Assembly: GCA_017992915.1 (NCBI GenBank)
Contig: JAGONS010000001.1
Span: forward strand, 1-63,007
Direction: 5' to 3'
Source: Bacteroidales bacterium
GTDB lineage: Bacteria; Bacteroidota; Bacteroidia; Bacteroidales; UBA932
DNA: 63,007 bases
How positions within the stretch are numbered: position 1 is the first letter of the stretch; each line of letters starts with the position of its first letter. The notes under the pieces are model-generated. The model saw only the letters and a list, made by a program, of their open reading frames with translations. It made no database searches and had not been told where the DNA came from. Below, piece after piece: positions 49,327 to 58,350 of the stretch. A program made the translations under genes and the position numbers.

Positions 49327-50859
49327 ATGAAGACCCTATCCTTATTGCTTATACTTACGTTGCTCTCCTTCTGCAACAGGCAGAGTGAAAGGGTCACAGG
49401 TACATCTTCCGAAAATGATTCGCTCGGTACGGCAATTTCACCTCTGCCGGATACCTCTTTCTCCTCCGTCGAGGCATTAATATACGACATAACAATTTTC
49501 GATACAATCAACAGCGGAATTATCGAAGACTTAAGGGACCTGTACGACTCCGTTCCGGGCATATTGACCTTCAGAGGGGGTCCATACAGAGATTTCCCAA
49601 AATATGGGAAAGTGGCGGGCAGACCGGAATCAATTAGTGTCGACTGGACCTTTAAGACTGCATTCGATACCACAAAAACACCTTACGGCATCTGGGGAGG
49701 CGGCACGGGATGGACCGGACAACCTCTACTGGCAGAGTGGCCCGGTGACATTACCGGCGAAAATGCTCCAAACAGAGAAATCATCGTCGGCTCTCTCGCA
49801 GGAGAACTCTATTTCCTTGATTATTTAACCGGCCAACCCTCCAGAAATGCAATCGATGTCTTCAATGTCATTAAAGGCACACCTTCACTTGACCCCACAC
49901 TAAATGGTAACCTTTATGTGGGACAGGGAGTAGAGCTCAACCCTCCCTTCGGGGCAATGGTAATAGACCTGAATAAAGATGCCATAACTCATTTCGTACC
50001 GAAAGACCCCAAGGCATGGCGCGGATGGGGTGCATATGACTCTTCACCTATTAGGGTAGGGCAATTTCTTTTCAGATTGGGTGAAAACGGCACGATATAC
50101 AAATACCTTGTGGAACAGGGAACATTGAGTCTCCACTCCACCTTGAGATACAGAATCAAGGGTAAAAAGGCACCCGGTATCGAATCCTCACCGGCAATCT
50201 ACCGCAACTACGGCTACTTTACCGATAACAGCGGTAATGTGATCTGCTTCAACCTGAACAATCTAAAGCCGGTATGGAGATATGACAACCACGATGACAG
50301 CGATGCCACTCCGGTACTCTGCGAGGAGATGGGCATCCCCTACCTTTACACATCCTGTGAGGTTGACAAACAGGATTCCATAGGCTTTTCCCATTTTATT
50401 AAACTCAATGCCCTGACCGGCGAAAAGGTTTGGGAAAACAAAATCGCCTGCCAAAAAGCATTTTCAGAGGAAAAATGGTCTGATGGAGGAATGTTCTCCA
50501 CTCCGCTTCCCGGCATTGGAGATTGCAGCGAATACATTTTTGCCTCTATAGCTACACATATACCGGCCTACAAGGGAATTTTTATGGCCATTGACAAAAG
50601 CACAGGAAAGACACTGTACAGCATTGACCTCAAACGCTACGCCTGGTCCTCTCCCGTGCCGATGCTGGATCCCGAAGGAAAGATGTATATCTTTGCAGCT
50701 GACTGTTGGGGATATGTTTATCTCATTGAAGGGGGCACAGGAGAGGTGCTTCTTACACAAAAGGTGGGCATTAATTTCGAGGGGTCTCCGATAATAGTGG
50801 ACAATACTGTCATTATCGGTTCCCGCGGAGATAAGATTTACAAGATTTCAATTCATTGA
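49327..50859 (+). CDS. PQQ-like / BamB-like beta-propeller repeat lipoprotein
   Basis: Probable lipobox LLSFC. Recurrent propeller-blade motifs (G.LY.LD..TG, LN.L.PVWRY, ALTGEKVWE, DKSTGKTLY). Confidence 0.5.
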   Translation: MKTLSLLLILTLLSFCNRQSERVTGTSSENDSLGTAISPLPDTSFSSVEALIYDITIFDTINSGIIEDLRDLYDSVPGILTFRGGPYRDFPKYGKVAGRPESISVDWTFKTAFDTTKTPYGIWGGGTGWTGQPLLAEWPGDITGENAPNREIIVGSLAGELYFLDYLTGQPSRNAIDVFNVIKGTPSLDPTLNGNLYVGQGVELNPPFGAMVIDLNKDAITHFVPKDPKAWRGWGAYDSSPIRVGQFLFRLGENGTIYKYLVEQGTLSLHSTLRYRIKGKKAPGIESSPAIYRNYGYFTDNSGNVICFNLNNLKPVWRYDNHDDSDATPVLCEEMGIPYLYTSCEVDKQDSIGFSHFIKLNALTGEKVWENKIACQKAFSEEKWSDGGMFSTPLPGIGDCSEYIFASIATHIPAYKGIFMAIDKSTGKTLYSIDLKRYAWSSPVPMLDPEGKMYIFAADCWGYVYLIEGGTGEVLLTQKVGINFEGSPIIVDNTVIIGSRGDKIYKISIH

Positions 50860-50874
50860 CAAAAGAGATAGATT

Positions 50875-51462
50875 ATGGATAGAACATGGAAAGAGATAAC
50901 GGACATAGCGCTCCCGGCGCCGCGCCGCAAAGGAGGGATGCCTCTGATGGAGGCTCTCAACCGCAGGAAATCCTCCAGGGAACTAACCTCAAAGCCACTT
51001 GACTTGCAGACACTTTCGGATCTGCTCTGGGCTGCCTGGGGTTACAACCGAGATCACAAGCGCACTGCTCCCTCATCACATAACCGACAGGAAATAGACC
51101 TTTATGTCTTCCTCGAGAGCGGCACTTACATCTATGATGCTGCAGGCAACCGTCTGCTGCTCCACGATAACGATGACCTGCGCAGCCTTACCGGCACACA
51201 AGACTTTGTGGGCTCCGCCGCTGTAGAAATTGCAATGGTCGCCGACACATCAAAAATCAAGGGTAAAACTCCCCAGGGCACTATAGAGGCCATATACGCC
51301 AATACCGGCTTTATCTCCCAAAACATCTATCTCTTCTGCGCCAATGCAGGCCTTGGAGGCGTCACCCGCGCCATGGTTCCGAAAGAAGAACTGGCACAAA
51401 GGTTGCGGCTCAGCAATAGTCAGGTGATAACACTCGTCCATACTGTAGGATATAAAAAATGA
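50875..51462 (+). CDS. Nitroreductase-family (SagB-like) flavoprotein
   Basis: RRSSRE-type motif (RRKSSRE), LLWAAWG and a typical nitroreductase fold length (195 aa). Confidence 0.65.
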   Translation: MDRTWKEITDIALPAPRRKGGMPLMEALNRRKSSRELTSKPLDLQTLSDLLWAAWGYNRDHKRTAPSSHNRQEIDLYVFLESGTYIYDAAGNRLLLHDNDDLRSLTGTQDFVGSAAVEIAMVADTSKIKGKTPQGTIEAIYANTGFISQNIYLFCANAGLGGVTRAMVPKEELAQRLRLSNSQVITLVHTVGYKK

Positions 51463-51471
51463 AACCCCAAA

Positions 51472-52887
51472 ATGGAACAACTAAGGATACTTTTTGAACA
51501 ATTTACAGGCGAACAGCTACTATCAACGGAAGAACTTCCCTCATCCGGAAGCAACAGGCGTTATTTCCGCCTACAAAGCAAAAACCACTCTCTGATTGGA
51601 GCACAGGGCACCTGCGTGGATGAAAATATTGCTTTCATCACCATTGCCAGACACTTTCGCGATCAGGGACTTAAAGTACCGCAGGTGTACAACTGTAGTG
51701 AAGACAATATATATTATCTGCAAGAAGACCTTGGTGACGACACACTTTTCAGCCGAATAGCACAGGGGCGAGAGAGCGGTAAATACTCTAATAAAGAGAA
51801 GGAATTGCTCCTAAAGACAATTCGCAAACTTCCTGCAATCCAGTTTGAAGGTGCCAGAGGACTTGATTTCTCCATATGTTATCCTCAGCCGGAATTTGAC
51901 GAAAGGATGGTCTTTTTTGACCTCAACTATTTCAAATACTGTTTTCTTAAGGCAACCGGTATAGAATTCAGCGAAATAGAATTGCAGAATGATTTTGATT
52001 CAATGTCGCAAGTGTTGATGCACAATATGTCCGACACTTTCCTGTACCGTGATTTCCAGGCCCGTAATGTGATGATTGTTAATGATGAACCCTATTTCAT
52101 CGATTTCCAGGGTGGACGCAAGGGACCTATCTTTTACGATGTGGCATCATTCATATGGCAGGCAAAGGCCTGTTATTCGGAAAATCTCAAAAATGAACTT
52201 ATAGAGGCCTATCTGGATGCTCTTAAACAATATATTCCGGTAGACAAAAAACAGTTTCGTGCTACTCTACGCCATTTCGTACTATTCAGAACGCTACAGG
52301 TGCTGGGAGCATATGGTTTTAGGGGATATTTCGAGAAAAAACCACACTTCCTGCAGAGTGTGCCATTTGCGATAGACAACCTCAAGAAACTTCTTGTCGA
52401 ACCATTTACAGAGTATCCCTATCTGTCACAGATTCTTGGTGAGCTGACCCGCATGCGCGAATTTTCGGAGATGGGAGTTGATAGACGTCTTGAGGTTAAA
52501 ATCTACAGTTTTGCCTACAAAAAGGGTATTCCAAATGATGTCAGTGGCAATGGAGGCGGATATGTCTTTGATTGCCGAGCTCTTGAAAACCCGGGGAAGT
52601 ATGACCATTTCAAGCATTTCACCGGCCTGGACAAGGAGGTGGCCGATTTCATGGAAGCGGAAGGCGGGGTTCAAAAATTCCTAACCAAGGTCTATTCGCT
52701 CGCCGATACCCATGTTCAGAGATATATAGAGCGCAAGTTTACCCATCTGATGTTTTGTTTCGGTTGTACCGGAGGCCAGCACCGGTCTGTCTATTGCGCC
52801 CAGCATCTGGCAAGACATCTGGCCGGTAAGTTCAATATAAGGATTCACGTCTACCATCGGGAACAAGGTCTGGAGCAGGAGTTTTGA
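51472..52887 (+). CDS. Fusion protein: AmgK-like anomeric sugar kinase (APH fold) plus a RapZ C-terminal domain
   Basis: Residues 1 to about 335 carry the kinase motifs YRDFQARNVMI and FIDFQGG. Residues from about 339 to 471 align convincingly to the E. coli RapZ C-domain as I recall it (SFAYKKGIP, VFDCR.L.NP, TGLD, FGCTGGQHRSVY). Confidence 0.75.
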   Translation: MEQLRILFEQFTGEQLLSTEELPSSGSNRRYFRLQSKNHSLIGAQGTCVDENIAFITIARHFRDQGLKVPQVYNCSEDNIYYLQEDLGDDTLFSRIAQGRESGKYSNKEKELLLKTIRKLPAIQFEGARGLDFSICYPQPEFDERMVFFDLNYFKYCFLKATGIEFSEIELQNDFDSMSQVLMHNMSDTFLYRDFQARNVMIVNDEPYFIDFQGGRKGPIFYDVASFIWQAKACYSENLKNELIEAYLDALKQYIPVDKKQFRATLRHFVLFRTLQVLGAYGFRGYFEKKPHFLQSVPFAIDNLKKLLVEPFTEYPYLSQILGELTRMREFSEMGVDRRLEVKIYSFAYKKGIPNDVSGNGGGYVFDCRALENPGKYDHFKHFTGLDKEVADFMEAEGGVQKFLTKVYSLADTHVQRYIERKFTHLMFCFGCTGGQHRSVYCAQHLARHLAGKFNIRIHVYHREQGLEQEF

Positions 52888-52888
52888 G

Positions 52889-53638
52889 ATGAAGCCTTAC
52901 GCTCTGATATTCGCCGCAGGTCTGGGAACAAGACTCAAGCCGCTGACTGACACGATGCCCAAGGCACTAGTGCCTGTCGGAGGTATTCCGTTGCTGGAGA
53001 GAGTAATTCTTCGTCTAAAGGAGGCAGGGTACCGCCATATTGTGATCAATGTCCACCATTTTGCGGAACAGATTATGAATTTTATAGAGCAGAAGGAGTC
53101 ATTTGGGATTTCGGTAGCCATATCGGACGAGAGAGACCTGTTGCGCGAGACCGGTGGAGGCATTAAGCATGCTGCCAACCTGCTGAAGTCCGATCATTTC
53201 CTGGTTCATAACGTAGATATCATATCCAATCTGGACCTTTCACTCTTCGAGAAAAAATACCTGGAAACGGAAAAAGAGTATAACAATTCTGAAAAGCCTC
53301 TTCTGGCAACGATTCTGGTGAGTGAGCGTAAGACGAAGCGATTTTTTCTCTTTGACAGTTGTAACAATCTGGTCGGCTGGACCAATATCGCCACAGGTGA
53401 GGTTCGTTCTCCATTTCCGGAACTTGATCCCGGCAAATGTCGTAAACTTGCATTCGCGGGAATCCACAATATATCGGAGAGAGTATTTCCGCTTATGGAA
53501 AAGTGGCCTGAGCGTTTTTCAATTGTAGACTTCTATATCGAAAATTGTGACAAGTATATTATAAAAGGAATCGAAATACCCGGACTTGCAATCCGCGATG
53601 TAGGCAAGATTGCTGATCTGAAACAATTTAATTGTTAG
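52889..53638 (+). CDS. murU: Sugar-1-phosphate nucleotidyltransferase, MurU-like
   Basis: N-terminal AAGLGTRLKPLTDTMPKALVPV nucleotidyltransferase motif; 249 aa. Only 1 nt separates it from the kinase gene. Confidence 0.7.
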   Translation: MKPYALIFAAGLGTRLKPLTDTMPKALVPVGGIPLLERVILRLKEAGYRHIVINVHHFAEQIMNFIEQKESFGISVAISDERDLLRETGGGIKHAANLLKSDHFLVHNVDIISNLDLSLFEKKYLETEKEYNNSEKPLLATILVSERKTKRFFLFDSCNNLVGWTNIATGEVRSPFPELDPGKCRKLAFAGIHNISERVFPLMEKWPERFSIVDFYIENCDKYIIKGIEIPGLAIRDVGKIADLKQFNC

Positions 53639-53826
53639 CCTGATTTCCTGAAAAAAGGTCACTAATTACACGAGACTTACAAATCTTCTCATGATGGAAG
53701 ATTATTTACCAATTCCGGATGAATTGTACGTTCGGAGTGATATTCCGGTGCGAAATTGTGTTTTTACCCACTAAAATGTTAACTTTATAGTTTAAAATAA
53801 AATTATCCATTATAAATAAACCATCC

Positions 53827-55254
53827 ATGAAACGCACATTAATTATGCTTGCAGGAGCAATCACAATCCTCAGTTGTGCCGGTTGCGGCAGCAAAACCAA
53901 GTTCAAGAGCATCGATGATATCGAAAAATACCGCGCCTATTACAATGAATCACTCAAAGAACTCTCAGATGTATCTTATCACGGGCGCAGCAATTATGGA
54001 GATGGCAACATCAAAGCAGCAGTGTACCTGATAGGCGAACTGCAGAAGATGGGTATAGGTCCGATGGTTGACGAGATTGGAGCAGAACCTCAAGAGGCCA
54101 CACCCCCTTTCAAGGGTACCGTCACTCCTTGCGGCCCTATGCGCTTTGAAGGCGCTCCCGATGACCAAATGGCATATCTACAACACTACTGTTTACCGAT
54201 GAACGTGATGCGCGGTGCAATGCAGGTCATAGTTGACGGAAACGAACTGGTTACTTCCGTTGACTTTGTCGCAAAAGAATTTTCCCCCGCCTGCAAAGGA
54301 GAATTTACACTCGCGTACCCCGGTGTTGATAAATACACTTCCGTTAAGGAGCTTGCAGACCATATCAACAGCGGTATTTATAAAAAGAAATTCGTAGTTA
54401 TCGAATGGGAACCCTACATTGACAAAATAGGCACAAATCGCTTTGACAGATACCGCGAATTTATGGATATGCTCCAGGCGGACAAGGTAGCCGGGATTAT
54501 CTACAAAATGGAGTCCAAACTCCCTTATTTCAAGGCACGGTCCTATTATGTAACACCCGTTCCCGCATTTTGCATATGGAACGGACTTACCGAGGGAGCA
54601 AAGAAAATAAAAGTAAACATGGATTGCGAGTTGATTGAGTGCCACGACGCTCATAATGTTCTCGCCTCGATCAAAGGCACGAAATACCCCGAAAAGCGTT
54701 ATCTGCTGATGGGTCACTTCGACCACCTCGGCTATATGGGAATTGAAAATGTGCACCCAGGTGCCAACGATAATGCCTCGGGTCCCGGCATGATGCTTGC
54801 TCTGGCTAAATATTTCTCCGAGAATCCCCCTGAGTGCACCATCGACTTTGCATTTTTCGATGCTGAGGAGAACAATCTGCTCGGCTCATTCTATTACAAG
54901 AACAATCCACGCTATCCCCAGGAGAATATCAGATATATTCTCAATTACGATATGGTTGCAGATACTCCTGAGTCGATCTACCTTCAGATTCCCGAAGAGG
55001 GCATGGCAGGTTACGAACTGATTCAGAAAATCAATGTGAGCTTTGAAGAACCTTTCAATTTCATACTGGACGATATAGTGGACGACAGTGACAACTATTT
55101 CTTTGCGCTTGACGGAGTTCCCTCCATATATTTCCACACGGAAGGCAAATACAAGGATATTTACCACACACCGCTTGACACTTACGAAAACATATCCGAC
55201 ATAGGTTTTGAACGTCTGTTTACTCTTTCGATCAACTTTATAAACAATTATTGA
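53827..55254 (+). CDS. M28 family peptidase lipoprotein with a PA-like insert
   Basis: Probable lipobox ILSCAGC plus MGHFDHLG, GANDNASGPGMMLALAKYF and DAEE metal-ligand motifs. Confidence 0.8.
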   Translation: MKRTLIMLAGAITILSCAGCGSKTKFKSIDDIEKYRAYYNESLKELSDVSYHGRSNYGDGNIKAAVYLIGELQKMGIGPMVDEIGAEPQEATPPFKGTVTPCGPMRFEGAPDDQMAYLQHYCLPMNVMRGAMQVIVDGNELVTSVDFVAKEFSPACKGEFTLAYPGVDKYTSVKELADHINSGIYKKKFVVIEWEPYIDKIGTNRFDRYREFMDMLQADKVAGIIYKMESKLPYFKARSYYVTPVPAFCIWNGLTEGAKKIKVNMDCELIECHDAHNVLASIKGTKYPEKRYLLMGHFDHLGYMGIENVHPGANDNASGPGMMLALAKYFSENPPECTIDFAFFDAEENNLLGSFYYKNNPRYPQENIRYILNYDMVADTPESIYLQIPEEGMAGYELIQKINVSFEEPFNFILDDIVDDSDNYFFALDGVPSIYFHTEGKYKDIYHTPLDTYENISDIGFERLFTLSINFINNY

Positions 55255-55343
55255 GAATAGCCTACTTATGACCCCAATTTGGTATTTAGTACACTAATCA
55301 GTAGATTTGCGGGCTATTTTTAAGTCTTAACACGAAGAATATC

Positions 55344-57386
55344 ATGTTGAACCATTCATATTGTTCTGACAAATATCAGTATACGATGGGAAAATCATAC
55401 TACGACAGTGGTATGAAGGATACCATCGGTATATTCAATCTCTTTTACAGAACAGCTCCAGATAACAATAACTGGGCTGTAGTCAGCGGTATCAGCGAAG
55501 CGCTTGAAATGATTGCCGGACTTGGTTCGGAGGATGAGTCTTTCTTCGAGAAATTCCTTCCCGGAGATGAGTATGCAGAGTTTCGTTCCTATCTCGCAGG
55601 AATGAAATTCACAGGTCAGGTATATGCGATGAAGGAGGGTGAGATTGCATTTCCCAAACAACCGATAATCACCGTTGTAGGCCCCATAATCGAGGCGCAG
55701 GTACTCGAAACGCCACTCCTTTGCATAATGAACCACCAGATGGCCGTAGCAACGAAAGCCTCACGTGTTACTCGCAGCACTCCCAAACCGGTCAGCGAAT
55801 TTGGCTCGCGCAGGGCACACGGTCCATGGGCTGCCCAGTATGGCGCCAAGGCAGCTGTTATCGGAGGATGCCAAAGCAGTTCCAACATTCTCGCCGGCAT
55901 AGAGTGCGGATTTGAATCAACGGGCACAATGGCCCACAGCTATACTACATCATTCGGCTGCTCCATTGAAGGCGAATACAAAGCCTTTGACGCCTATATA
56001 AAGACACACAAAAACGAGCCGCTAATCCTGTTGATAGACACCTTTGACACTCTCAAATGCGGTCTGAAAAACGCAATCAAAGCCTTCCGGGCCAATGGTA
56101 TCGACGACTCCTATCCTCAGGGCTATGGAGTACGTCTCGACAGCGGAGACTTAACCTATCTCTCACAAAAGTGCCGTGAAGCGCTTGACGAAGCGGGACT
56201 CACAAAATGCAGAATATTTGCAACGAACTCTCTCGACGAGTATATCATTTCCGACCTTGAGAAGCAAAATGCCCGCATTGACAACTATGGCGTGGGCGAT
56301 GCCATTGCCACTTCCAAACACAATCCCTGTTTCGGCAATGTCTATAAACTGGTGCAGGTGGGTAATGAACCGGTACTCAAACGCTCCGAAGACAAGATCA
56401 AACTCATCAATCCTGGTTTCCAGATTACATACCGTCTGATTCAAAAGGGACGCTTTGAAGCCGATGTAACCTGTCTCAGAGGCGATTCCTTTGCCAAAAT
56501 CATAGAAGCCGGGGAAGAACTTACAATCGTGGACGAGATGGATGTGAGCAAGTTTACCACTTTCCCTGCCGGCTCATACACCTTCCGCAAACTCCAGGAG
56601 CTCGTATTCGACAATGGGAAAATCATCCCTGACACACGCACCATTCAGCAAAAAAGAGAGTACTATAAGGCAAATCTCGCCTGCTTTGACGAAACACAGA
56701 CCCGTATACTCAATCCCCACTTCTATAAAGTGGATATCTCCGATGACCTATATGATTTGAAAATGAAAATCATCAACAGGATAATCTTGCAGATCAATGC
56801 AATGGAGGAGATGGAAGACACCAGCGGCATAAGGAGATATACCCACGTAGTGGTAGATATGCTCTACGACTTTATAGACGGCTCCCTGGCTTGCACCAAT
56901 GCTGAAAAAGCAGTGGAGGAGAGTGTCAAATATATTGATGCACATCCGGGTCAAAAGGTTCTCTATGTGCTGGACAATCATCCGGAGAATCACTGTTCGT
57001 TTAAAAATAATGGGGGTATCTGGCCGGTACACTGCGTCCAAAAGACACGCGGAGGTGATATTCACGCCAGATTTTACCGCATAGAAAATGAATCCAACAG
57101 GCCTTCCCGCGAAAACAAATTTTACAAGGGCTGCAACCCCCGTAAAGAGCAATACTCCGGATTTGAGGGGCGTGACCGCGAAGGCATTGAACTCAACTCG
57201 TGTCTCAGCAAGGATGTCATAGTGAGCGGCATCGCTACCGAATATTGTATCCGCGAAACCTGTTTTGATCTGATCAAGGCCGGACACAATGTGTTCCTGC
57301 TTGAGAAAGCGCTCGCCTATATAGATGAGAAAGGACACGAAAAAACCTTAAGGGAACTGGCCAAAATCGGAGTAAAAATCATATAA
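55344..57386 (+). CDS. pncB: Fusion protein: nicotinate phosphoribosyltransferase (PncB) plus nicotinamidase (PncA, cysteine hydrolase)
   Basis: The N-terminal part (about 490 aa) has NAPRTase motifs (DKYQYTMG, FGSRRAHG, GTMAHSY, VRLDSGD). The C-terminal part (about 185 aa) has nicotinamidase motifs (VVVDMLYDF, DNHPENHCSF, GIATEYCI). Confidence 0.85.
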   Translation: MLNHSYCSDKYQYTMGKSYYDSGMKDTIGIFNLFYRTAPDNNNWAVVSGISEALEMIAGLGSEDESFFEKFLPGDEYAEFRSYLAGMKFTGQVYAMKEGEIAFPKQPIITVVGPIIEAQVLETPLLCIMNHQMAVATKASRVTRSTPKPVSEFGSRRAHGPWAAQYGAKAAVIGGCQSSSNILAGIECGFESTGTMAHSYTTSFGCSIEGEYKAFDAYIKTHKNEPLILLIDTFDTLKCGLKNAIKAFRANGIDDSYPQGYGVRLDSGDLTYLSQKCREALDEAGLTKCRIFATNSLDEYIISDLEKQNARIDNYGVGDAIATSKHNPCFGNVYKLVQVGNEPVLKRSEDKIKLINPGFQITYRLIQKGRFEADVTCLRGDSFAKIIEAGEELTIVDEMDVSKFTTFPAGSYTFRKLQELVFDNGKIIPDTRTIQQKREYYKANLACFDETQTRILNPHFYKVDISDDLYDLKMKIINRIILQINAMEEMEDTSGIRRYTHVVVDMLYDFIDGSLACTNAEKAVEESVKYIDAHPGQKVLYVLDNHPENHCSFKNNGGIWPVHCVQKTRGGDIHARFYRIENESNRPSRENKFYKGCNPRKEQYSGFEGRDREGIELNSCLSKDVIVSGIATEYCIRETCFDLIKAGHNVFLLEKALAYIDEKGHEKTLRELAKIGVKII

Positions 57387-57393
57387 GGAAGCT

Positions 57394-58344
57394 ATGAACT
57401 ATATCGGAATAGATCTGGGCGGCACCAAAGCAGTCGGAGCCATTTTCAACACAGATGGAGAAATTCTACTCCAAAAACATGCGCTTCTCGAAAATAGAAG
57501 TGGTGATGAGGTCGGTGCACTCGTATGTAATCTCTGCAGAGATATATGTGACGAAGGTGGCATCCCACAAGGAGCACCTCTGAGCATCGGGGTCTGCATT
57601 CCGGGCATCTCCTACTCCGATACGGGATGTGTATGGGCCCCGAACATTCCCGGATGGGAGAATTACCCCCTTCGCAACGAATTACTGAAAGTCGCGCCAC
57701 AGGCTACCGTTACCATAGAAAGCGACCGTACCTGCTATATCCTCGGAGAAGTTCAGATGGGTTGTGCAAAGGGGTGCCGCAATGCGATCTTTATAGCCGT
57801 CGGCACCGGTATCGGGGCCGGTATTCTGATCGACAACCGTGTGCTCCATGGCCATTCGGATATCGTCGGAGCCATCGGCTGGCTCGCTCTCAAGCCCCCT
57901 TATACACATGAGTACGATGAGTGCGGCTGTTTTGAGACACATTGTTCCGGAGAGGGCCTCGCCAAACAGGCGCGCAAATTCTTAAGGGAAGATAAAGAGT
58001 ATCGTGGAGAACTCCGTAAACATAGCATCGAAGATATCACCTCCTATCACATTTTTGAGGCATACGACAATGGAGATACTATTGCCAAGAGGGTGATGGA
58101 GGAGGCAATCGAAATGTGGGGCATGGCCACGGCCAATCTCATAAGCATATTCAACCCCGAGAAGGTAATTTTCGGAGGAGGAGTCTTTGGTCCGGCGGTT
58201 AAATTTATTCCTCAAATCCGCCGTGAAGCGGAAAAATGGGCCCAACCCATAAGCATGAAACAGGTAGAAATTACATCAACAGCGCTGCCCAAGCTCGCAG
58301 GACTCTACGGAGCCGGAGCGGTAGCCATAAAATATGCAAAATAA
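57394..58344 (+). CDS. ROK family sugar kinase
   Basis: N-terminal IGIDLGGTK, GTGIGAG, and a ROK Cys cluster variant ECGCFETHCSGEG. Confidence 0.8.
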   Translation: MNYIGIDLGGTKAVGAIFNTDGEILLQKHALLENRSGDEVGALVCNLCRDICDEGGIPQGAPLSIGVCIPGISYSDTGCVWAPNIPGWENYPLRNELLKVAPQATVTIESDRTCYILGEVQMGCAKGCRNAIFIAVGTGIGAGILIDNRVLHGHSDIVGAIGWLALKPPYTHEYDECGCFETHCSGEGLAKQARKFLREDKEYRGELRKHSIEDITSYHIFEAYDNGDTIAKRVMEEAIEMWGMATANLISIFNPEKVIFGGGVFGPAVKFIPQIRREAEKWAQPISMKQVEITSTALPKLAGLYGAGAVAIKYAK

Positions 58345-58350
58345 CGGACT

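Noticed and set aside
53682-53703. A hairpin, AATCTTC-(8 nt)-GAAGATT, after the murU-like gene, as a possible terminator.
   Set aside because: It has only a 7-bp AT-rich stem and is followed by ATTTACC rather than a T-run. That is too weak to annotate as a terminator.
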